From assembly GCA_039683575.1 (NCBI GenBank), contig JBDKRC010000135.1, positions 1 to 24,257 on the forward strand: DNA of 24,257 nt, read 5' to 3'. The stretch's first letter is position 1, and each line of letters begins with the position of its first letter. The position numbers and the translations under genes are program-made. Below the pieces are notes generated by a model. That model saw only the letters and a list, made by a program, of their open reading frames with translations, ran no database searches and had not been told where the DNA came from. This DNA comes from Armatimonadia bacterium. Its GTDB lineage: Bacteria > Armatimonadota > Zipacnadia > Zipacnadales > UBA11051. Positions 7,220-14,000 of this stretch are shown in pieces.

Positions 7220-8395
7220 CTACAACTCCTCAAACGGCCTGATCGGCACGAACTTGCGCTCGTCGAGGCTCTCGCGGGTGGCGATGCCGATGGAGGCGCT
7301 GTCGTAGCCGGCTTTGGCGTCGCACAGCGGGTCGCGGCCTTCGCGGCAGGCCCTGGCGAAATCGGCCAGCAGTGCCGGGTCGGCGCCACCGTGGCCGGTA
7401 TCGCGGCTGGGCCGCTCGCGGCGCTGGTCGCGGTTGCCAAAGCGCTGCGTCACTTCGACGTAGGCTACGCCGGTGTCGTGGTTGGCCTCGACATCAAGCT
7501 GGGCTTTGCTCCCGAACAGGGTCAGGTGGATGCCATAGTAGGGCGCGAAGTGTATCTCGTGGTAGCTGCCCACCACGCCCGAGGCATACTCGATGTTGAC
7601 GAGGTTCACATCCTCCACATCCGCGGCCACTGACCAGACGCAGAAGTCCTGGTTGGTCTCGAGGTCCACGCCGGGCGGGTCCAGGCGGTAGGTGTGGCCG
7701 TGGGAGTGGACGCAGGTCTCTCGCTCGTCGCAGTCGCGGCAGTGCTTGTCCGCGGGGGCGTTTCCGCCGAAGACCTTCCGCGCGCCGACGGCGCTGACCC
7801 ACGCGGGGCTGGAGCCCATGAACCAGTTGAGCAGGTCCAGACCGTGCACGCCCTTTTGCAGCACGAGGCTCACAACGTTCTCTTTGGACCGCGTCTTATC
7901 ACGGGCGAAGAACTGACTCTTGTCCCGGCCCACGTACTCGGCCAGATAGCCTGTCAGCACTTCACCAATCTCGCCGGAGTCGATGATGGCTCGCACGCGC
8001 TTCCACAGCGACGAGTGGCGCAGTTCCAGGAAGGTCCCGACGGTCAGCCCGGTCTCGCGGCGCAGCCGGGCGATCTCGGCCATGTCGGCGAAACTCTGCG
8101 CGAGCGGCTTTTCGATCAGCACATGCTTGCCGTTGGTAAGCGCCTCACGGGCGTTCCCGGCATGGAAGCGGTCGCCGGTGCCGACCAGCACGGCCTCGAT
8201 GTCGGCTTCATTGCACATGGCCTCGCCGGAGGTATACAGCGGCAGGTCAGGGTAGAGCTGGCGGGCGATATCCAGCGCCTGCGGGTTCATATCGGCAATG
8301 GCGCAAAGCTCGGTCTCGGCGCCCTCATTGGCCATCCGGGCCAGCCAGAAGCCACGGGGGCCGAGACCTACTACGCCGCATTTCAGTGGTTGCAT
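7220..8395 (-). CDS. Gfo/Idh/MocA family oxidoreductase
   Basis: Rossmann GVVGLGPRG, HVLIEKPLA and KGVHGLDLLNW motifs, a Cys-rich CRDC...C insert and the GHGGAD motif. AAGGA RBS. Confidence 0.92.
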   Translation of the reverse strand: MQPLKCGVVGLGPRGFWLARMANEGAETELCAIADMNPQALDIARQLYPDLPLYTSGEAMCNEADIEAVLVGTGDRFHAGNAREALTNGKHVLIEKPLAQSFADMAEIARLRRETGLTVGTFLELRHSSLWKRVRAIIDSGEIGEVLTGYLAEYVGRDKSQFFARDKTRSKENVVSLVLQKGVHGLDLLNWFMGSSPAWVSAVGARKVFGGNAPADKHCRDCDERETCVHSHGHTYRLDPPGVDLETNQDFCVWSVAADVEDVNLVNIEYASGVVGSYHEIHFAPYYGIHLTLFGSKAQLDVEANHDTGVAYVEVTQRFGNRDQRRERPSRDTGHGGADPALLADFARACREGRDPLCDAKAGYDSASIGIATRESLDERKFVPIRPFEEL

Positions 8396-8406
8396 GGGTT
8401 CATTCC

Positions 8407-9558
8407 TTACGTGATCTTGAACTGCGTGAGTCTGAGATTGAGGTCGTCGATGCTTAGGAACTCGACCTCAAGGTCATCGTATCTGCGTCGGAAACTGGGG
8501 GCTACATCGGGTCCGACAACCCAGTTCAATCCTCCCGGATAGACCTTTCTGAAAGCGAACAGGCTTTGGGGCTCGAAAGTCGCCACTGATCGCTTGCATT
8601 CCATGGCGATGAGGGGAGCCTGAGGGTGAGCCAGGACGAAGTCCACTTCATGGCCACGCTTGTCGCGCCAGTAGTTCACCTGCGGATAGGCGATGCGGGC
8701 ATTTAGCTCGTTGAGAACGTAGTGCTCCCAGAGCAGGCCAAAGTCCTCGGGACGCAGTTGGTTCCAGCCGCGGAAGTGACGAACGAAGCCAGTGTCAAAG
8801 GCGTATACCTTTGGAGCCGATGTTATCTCCGTGGCGCGGTATGTCGAGTACGGCCGGACCAGGTGCACCACCTGGGTAGTCTCAAGCACTTCGAGGTAGT
8901 TGCGGCCCGTGGTGTGGCTGATGCTCGCCTGCTTTGCCAACCTGTTCAGCGAGAGAATCCCGCCGCTTTGCACGAAGAGCAGTTGTAGCAGTTGGCGGAA
9001 ACCATCCCGCCGCTCCAGCCGGAACAACTCCTGCACATCGCGCGCCCAGTAGGAATCTAGCCATTGCTCGTAGTCGAGAGCCGGCAAGTCCTTGCTCAGG
9101 AAGAAGGGGGGAAGCCCGCCCAGGCGAAGCCGGTGATCGAGATCGGTCTGCTCGAAGTCCCGGAGGTCCTGGCTCATCATCGGCGTAAGCCAGACCTCGG
9201 CTTTGCGGCCGGTGAGCGTATCACGGAATTTCCTCGAAGCGCCCAGGGTAGACGAACCGGTAGCCAGGACTTTGACGCCAGGATAGTGGTCAGCCGCGAT
9301 CTTCAGCAGTTCCGAGGGGTTATCAAGGCGTTGGACTTCATCCAGGACAACCCGCTTGCCCACCAAACCGGCTAGGAAGCCCTCGGGGTCTGCCAGCGCC
9401 TGCCTGACCCGTGGCAGTTCACAGTCAAGGTACTCAGTGTCAGCAAGACTCTGGCACAGAACGGTCTTGCCCACACGACGCACGCCGTATAGCCAGACAA
9501 CGTTACGCCGTTGCCAAGCCTCTTCGACCCGGTTGATCCAGTATTTTCTGTACCACAT
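8407..9558 (-). CDS. AAA_14-type ATPase with C-terminal DUF4143 (wHTH plus PD-(D/E)XK-like) region
   Basis: Walker A GVRRVGKT, Walker B VVLDEVQ, ATGSS, LTGR, GGLP, PKVYAFDTG and YWRDKRGHEVDFVL...IAMECK. Codon usage is visibly more A/T-rich than in neighbouring genes. Confidence 0.9.
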   Translation of the reverse strand: MWYRKYWINRVEEAWQRRNVVWLYGVRRVGKTVLCQSLADTEYLDCELPRVRQALADPEGFLAGLVGKRVVLDEVQRLDNPSELLKIAADHYPGVKVLATGSSTLGASRKFRDTLTGRKAEVWLTPMMSQDLRDFEQTDLDHRLRLGGLPPFFLSKDLPALDYEQWLDSYWARDVQELFRLERRDGFRQLLQLLFVQSGGILSLNRLAKQASISHTTGRNYLEVLETTQVVHLVRPYSTYRATEITSAPKVYAFDTGFVRHFRGWNQLRPEDFGLLWEHYVLNELNARIAYPQVNYWRDKRGHEVDFVLAHPQAPLIAMECKRSVATFEPQSLFAFRKVYPGGLNWVVGPDVAPSFRRRYDDLEVEFLSIDDLNLRLTQFKIT

Positions 9559-9611
9559 GCAATCAGTATTGCAAATAGTGCTACTTTTTGCAATACTAAT
9601 TGCAATTAGTA
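9558..9611. promoter_or_regulatory. AT-rich nested palindrome: putative operator and leaderless promoter of the ATPase gene
   Basis: 18-bp inverted repeat at 9558-9575 / 9587-9604 (1 mismatch). Perfect 18-bp palindrome TACTAATTGCAATTAGTA at 9594-9611. The minus strand reads TTGCAA-N17-AATACT-N6-ATG. Confidence 0.7.
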
Positions 9612-9615
9612 AGAA

Positions 9616-11634
9616 CTAACGTTCGGACGGCTTCTTCACCCAGTCCTTCTCCCCATACAACCCAATCCCGTCAGTCTTGATCGGCGTAAACCCCAGCCGC
9701 AGCGCCGGGGAGCCCTTCTGGAGGCGGAAGTCGTGGGCTTCGGCGTCCACGAACAGCGGGTCGGCCACCACCGACTGCACGTCCCGCCCCTCGGCCTGCC
9801 ACCGCTCGAAGTTCATCCCATCGAACAGCAACTCCGGCCCTGAGGCGTTCCAGTACAGGTTGCGCTCCATGCTGTAGTTGTTGTTGCTCCACTGCCCGCC
9901 CAGCACTTGCGGGTTCGTGCAATGGACGATATTGCGCTCGAAGGTGAAGGAGCGGTGGTCCTCCTGGCGCGTGCGCGAGACCTGCATCTGCGGTGACAGG
10001 GCGAAGATGTTGTTCTGGATCACGTTCTCCCGCCCATAGTGCTGGTGGAAGCCGCCCGTTTTGCAGTTGTAGCAGATGTTGTTCTCGATCAGGATGTGGG
10101 TACTGCCCTCGTCCGGATAGATCCCCCAGCCGCCGTACATGACTGACTCGAGATCGTGGATCAGGTTGTACCGCAGCACCGTTCCCGGAGAGATGCCGAG
10201 CGTGTAGATGCCGCCCATGTCGCTGAGCTGGCCCTTGCCGAGGTCGTGGATGTGGTTGTACTCGATCACGTTGTGGCTGGCGCTGCTGGGCGCGTAGCCC
10301 CACGACCACCCGACGGAGACGCCAGTATAGTAGAAGTCACAGATTTCGCAATGACTGACGGTGTTGGAACTGCTGCGCAGGATGATCACGCCCACGCCAG
10401 CGGGGAACACGTGGCCGCCATCGTGAATGTAGCAGTTGTCTATCACATTGTGTGCGGTAGCCAACTCTGCCTTGTCCACCGAGCAGGTCTCCCCCACCTT
10501 GATCCCGCCGGCGCCGAGGTCGTGGATTTCGCACTGCCGGATCGCATTGTCCCGGCAGCCGCGCTCCAACCAGACCCCGTACTTGCCGCAGTGGGCCAGT
10601 TCGCACTGCTCGATGGTGCAGTTGAGCATCCCTCGCCCGAAGACCGCCCCGCCCAGGAACACCGCTGCCTGTCCGTCGGCCTCGCCCTTGCCCGGGATGT
10701 CCCAATCGGCATGGCGGAGCGACAGCCCCTTCAGCATGACATGCCGCACGTACTCCTGCTTGGCGGGGTTGCCCCGGAAGACCACCAACTCCTGCAGCGC
10801 CGGCGCCACCACTTCGGCGGTCTCGAAGTTCCCGCCGGGTAGCGGCCAGTAGTGCAGTAGGCCGGTGGCGCGGTCCAGGTACCATTCCCCCGGCTCGTCC
10901 AGAAACTCCCGCGCGTTCTCGAGATAGTACCGCTGCTCGGCCTCCCAGTACCCCGTCGGCCAGTGCGCCGGGGCGGTGAAGAAGGCCAGCCTCTTTCGCG
11001 TGTCGAGCCGCTCGATCCAGTGCAGCGACGAGGTCCACGAGTGGTACAGGAACACATTCACGTCATCGAGGTTGCCAAACCGCTTCAGGTCGCCCTCGTT
11101 GAAGCTCATCAGCCCGCAGGCGGCCTTGTTGCCGCGCAAGCCGTGGGGCTCTTCATTGCCCGGTGGTCGTCCGGCGGTCTTGAGATAGCCTGTATTGGGG
11201 TGGCGCGCCCGCGTGGCGCGCTTACCGTTCACAAAAAGCTGGTGGAAGTACCACTTGCCCTCGCGCACGCCAGGCACTTCTGCGGTCCAGACCCCGTCCT
11301 CACCCTTCTTCCAGCCTGAAATGGCCCGCCCACCGCTCAGCACGGGGTGCTCTCCGGGATACGCTGCATAGGTGACCGGCGCCTCGGCTGTGCCCGAGTC
11401 CTCGGGCCGGAACACCAGCGGCCGGCCCAGTGAGTAGTCTCCCCCGCGGATCAGCACTGTAACGGGCGCGCGGCTATCGCCGGCGGTCGCCAGCAACTCC
11501 CGCACCGCCTTTTGCGCCCGCGCGACCGTGGCGAAGGGGCCGTCCTTGCCATCAGATGACGGGGCAGGCAAGGTCCCGGACCAGTAATCACGCCCCCTGG
11601 TCGAGACGAAGAAATTCGCGGTGACGTCATTCAT
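9616..11634 (-). CDS. Right-handed beta-helix glycoside hydrolase-like protein (GH141-like), no signal peptide
   Basis: FFVSTRGRDYWSG...DGPFATVARAQ, PVLSGG, QLFVNGKRATRARHPN, YYLENAREFLDEPGEWY, DMGGIYTLG and GIYPDEGS, plus many beta-helix repeats. ATG at 11634 follows GAGGAG. Confidence 0.8.
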   Translation of the reverse strand: MNDVTANFFVSTRGRDYWSGTLPAPSSDGKDGPFATVARAQKAVRELLATAGDSRAPVTVLIRGGDYSLGRPLVFRPEDSGTAEAPVTYAAYPGEHPVLSGGRAISGWKKGEDGVWTAEVPGVREGKWYFHQLFVNGKRATRARHPNTGYLKTAGRPPGNEEPHGLRGNKAACGLMSFNEGDLKRFGNLDDVNVFLYHSWTSSLHWIERLDTRKRLAFFTAPAHWPTGYWEAEQRYYLENAREFLDEPGEWYLDRATGLLHYWPLPGGNFETAEVVAPALQELVVFRGNPAKQEYVRHVMLKGLSLRHADWDIPGKGEADGQAAVFLGGAVFGRGMLNCTIEQCELAHCGKYGVWLERGCRDNAIRQCEIHDLGAGGIKVGETCSVDKAELATAHNVIDNCYIHDGGHVFPAGVGVIILRSSSNTVSHCEICDFYYTGVSVGWSWGYAPSSASHNVIEYNHIHDLGKGQLSDMGGIYTLGISPGTVLRYNLIHDLESVMYGGWGIYPDEGSTHILIENNICYNCKTGGFHQHYGRENVIQNNIFALSPQMQVSRTRQEDHRSFTFERNIVHCTNPQVLGGQWSNNNYSMERNLYWNASGPELLFDGMNFERWQAEGRDVQSVVADPLFVDAEAHDFRLQKGSPALRLGFTPIKTDGIGLYGEKDWVKKPSER

Positions 11635-11769
11635 GTCGCTCAACTCCTCATCCACAAGCTTTGGCCCGCACTGTTAGCTTCCACTTCCCGCCTGCGATCC
11701 CCTCTTGACCTGCAGTAACCGTGAGTGTAGCCTGTGTTGGTCTGAGCACGGAATGCTGAACTTCCCTGC

Positions 11770-11798
11770 TTCTCACCGGCTTTCGGCCGTGGTATAAT
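11770..11798 (+). promoter_or_regulatory. Putative sigma70 promoter of iscU
   Basis: TTCTCA (11770-11775)-N17-TATAAT (11793-11798), with a TGn extension. Confidence 0.6.
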
Positions 11799-11856
11799 CG
11801 CGTTTGTGAGGGTGGGTAGATCACGGGCAGGCCCCACTGCCCGTCTGAAGGGAACG

Positions 11857-12315
11857 ATGTCTGTGTATTCAGAGAAAGTACTGGAGCATTTCCGCGAGCC
11901 GCGTAATGTCGGCGAGCTTGAAGACGCCGATGCCGTCGGCGATGTTGGCAACCCCAAGTGCGGCGACATGATGCGCATCACGATGAAGATCGACCCGGAG
12001 ACCGAGAAGATCGAGGACATCCGGTTCAAGACCTTCGGTTGCGGCGCCGCTATTGCCGTCAGTTCGATGCTCACCGAGCTAGTCAAGGGCAAGACGCTTG
12101 AAGAGGCCCTGGCCGTGGACAATAAGACGGTAGTGGACGAACTGGGCGGCCTGCCGCCGGTCAAGATGCACTGCTCGGTTTTGGGCGAGCAGGGCATTGT
12201 CGCGGCCTTGCAGGACTATTACAGCAAGCACCCCGAAAAGACGCCCCCGGCCGAACTGGTCGAAAAGGCCAAGTTCCTCGAAGGCGTCGATCCGCACGCC
12301 GACGAGCATGCATAG
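11857..12315 (+). CDS. iscU: Fe-S cluster assembly scaffold IscU/NifU-N
   Basis: YSEKVLEHFREPRNVG, GNPKCGD, FKTFGCGAAIA and LPPVKMHCSVL, with all three conserved Cys. ATG at 11857. Confidence 0.95.
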   Translation: MSVYSEKVLEHFREPRNVGELEDADAVGDVGNPKCGDMMRITMKIDPETEKIEDIRFKTFGCGAAIAVSSMLTELVKGKTLEEALAVDNKTVVDELGGLPPVKMHCSVLGEQGIVAALQDYYSKHPEKTPPAELVEKAKFLEGVDPHADEHA

Positions 12316-12335
12316 ACCCTGGAAGTCCCAAATAC

Positions 12336-12372
12336 AACAAGCCCCTGCAAACGCAGGGGCTTGTTTCGTTTT
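12336..12372 (+). terminator. Rho-independent terminator after iscU
   Basis: 13-bp stem aacaagcccctgc / gcaggggcttgtt, 4-nt loop, followed by tcgtttt. Confidence 0.8.
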
Positions 12373-12410
12373 GCGGCAGGTGTCCATGGGAGCAGCGGGA
12401 ATATGTCACG

Positions 12411-14000
12411 ATGCGCCTGAGCTACACTCTCCTGCCCTTGTGTCTGGCACTTCTGTCCCCCTGCCTCCACGCCGACACACTCACTCCGCCGCTGAGCCCC
12501 GGTCAGGAGCCCCAGTGGCACTTCGCCGCCGGCGCCTGGCGCTTCACCGCCGAGGGCACGCTTGAGCAGACCAATGCGTCCCGCCGCTCTGCCGCGATCC
12601 TCCGCAGCCCGGCCTACGGCAACCTGCGCCTCAGCGCGGACTTCAGAATCGCCCCCGTCGGCAGTGGCGTCCGCGCCGCCGCCGTCATCTTTGGGGCTAC
12701 GGGAACGCTCTCGTACCACTGGCTCCACCTCGATACGAAGTTCCACCAGCTCATCCTCACCCGCTCAACTCCGAAGAACACGTGGATCGAGGTCGCCCGC
12801 CGCCGCTGTCCCACGCTCACCGACGACACCTGGCACAATCTGGTCGTCGAGGCCCGTGACGGTGCGGTGAAGGTTCTGTTGGACGGTCGGGAAGCATTGC
12901 AGGCCCCCCTTGCCGAGCCTGCTGCCGGATACGTCGGCTTCGGCACCAGCCAGGGACAGGTTGCCTTCCGCAACCTGAAGCTCGAGGGAGACGTGGTCAA
13001 GATGGCACAACTCAAGGACGAACAGCCGCCGTTCCGCATCATCTCCCACGGGGAAGCTGCGGGGACCTACCAGGCCTTTCCCGATGCCTGCCGGCTGAAG
13101 AATGGCGACATCATGGCGGTCTTCTACGGCGGCTATGGCCATGTGTCGCTGCCGAATGACGAGTGGCCCAGGGGTGGGCGCGTCTGCACCGTCCGCTCCT
13201 CGGACGAGGGGCGCACCTGGACCACCCCAGCGGTCCTCTACGATGACCCGCTGGACAACCGCGACCCGCATATCGCCCAACTCAGTGACGGCACGCTGGT
13301 GTGCAGCTTCTTCAACTACTGGCGCGAGGACGGCAAGACGCGGTACCACTGCCTGCTGGCGCACTCCACGGATGGCGGGAAGACGTGGGAGCAGCAGGGA
13401 CAGGTGGTAACGCCGATTGGTTGGGCGGTGTCAGCCCCCGTACGCGAGATGCCCGACGGGACGCTCATACTGGGGGTCTACGGCGAGGGGCCACATGGCT
13501 CGTTCGGTGGCGTGATCCGCTCCACCGACCACGGCAAGACCTGGAGCGCCCCCATCCCCATCGGCGAAGAAGCCCGCCTGCCCCTCGATGCGGAGACTGA
13601 CGTCATCTTGCTCAAGGACAAGACGCTCTACGCCGCCCTGCGCAGCAGCAAGGTCAACATGCACTACGCCACCAGCCCCGACCTCGGCCTGACGTGGTCG
13701 GCGGTCAAGGACATCGGCTTCAAGGCCCACGCGCCGCATTTCACGCGCCTGAGCACCGGCGAGATACTCATGACCCACCGCATACCCGAGACCGCCCTGC
13801 ACGTCAGCCGCGACGAAGCCCAGACGTGGGAGGGGCCGTATGTGCTCGATACGGTAGGCGGGGCCTACCCGGCGACGGTTGAACTGAAGGATGGGACGAT
13901 TCTGGGGATCTACTACGAGGAGGGCGAGGGTAGCGCGATTCGCGCCCTGCGCTTCAGGCTGAAGGCCGACGGGATCGAGCCGCTGAGCCTGGATAAGTAA
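12411..14000 (+). CDS. Secreted sialidase-family (BNR/Asp-box beta-propeller) protein with an N-terminal ConA-like/DUF1080-like domain
   Basis: Signal peptide. Five Asp-boxes (SSDEGRTW, STDGGKTW, STDHGKTW, SPDLGLTW, SRDEAQTW). Beta-sandwich N-domain with WHNLVVEARDGAVKVLLDG...GYVGFG...FRNLKL. Confidence 0.85.
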   Translation: MRLSYTLLPLCLALLSPCLHADTLTPPLSPGQEPQWHFAAGAWRFTAEGTLEQTNASRRSAAILRSPAYGNLRLSADFRIAPVGSGVRAAAVIFGATGTLSYHWLHLDTKFHQLILTRSTPKNTWIEVARRRCPTLTDDTWHNLVVEARDGAVKVLLDGREALQAPLAEPAAGYVGFGTSQGQVAFRNLKLEGDVVKMAQLKDEQPPFRIISHGEAAGTYQAFPDACRLKNGDIMAVFYGGYGHVSLPNDEWPRGGRVCTVRSSDEGRTWTTPAVLYDDPLDNRDPHIAQLSDGTLVCSFFNYWREDGKTRYHCLLAHSTDGGKTWEQQGQVVTPIGWAVSAPVREMPDGTLILGVYGEGPHGSFGGVIRSTDHGKTWSAPIPIGEEARLPLDAETDVILLKDKTLYAALRSSKVNMHYATSPDLGLTWSAVKDIGFKAHAPHFTRLSTGEILMTHRIPETALHVSRDEAQTWEGPYVLDTVGGAYPATVELKDGTILGIYYEEGEGSAIRALRFRLKADGIEPLSLDK

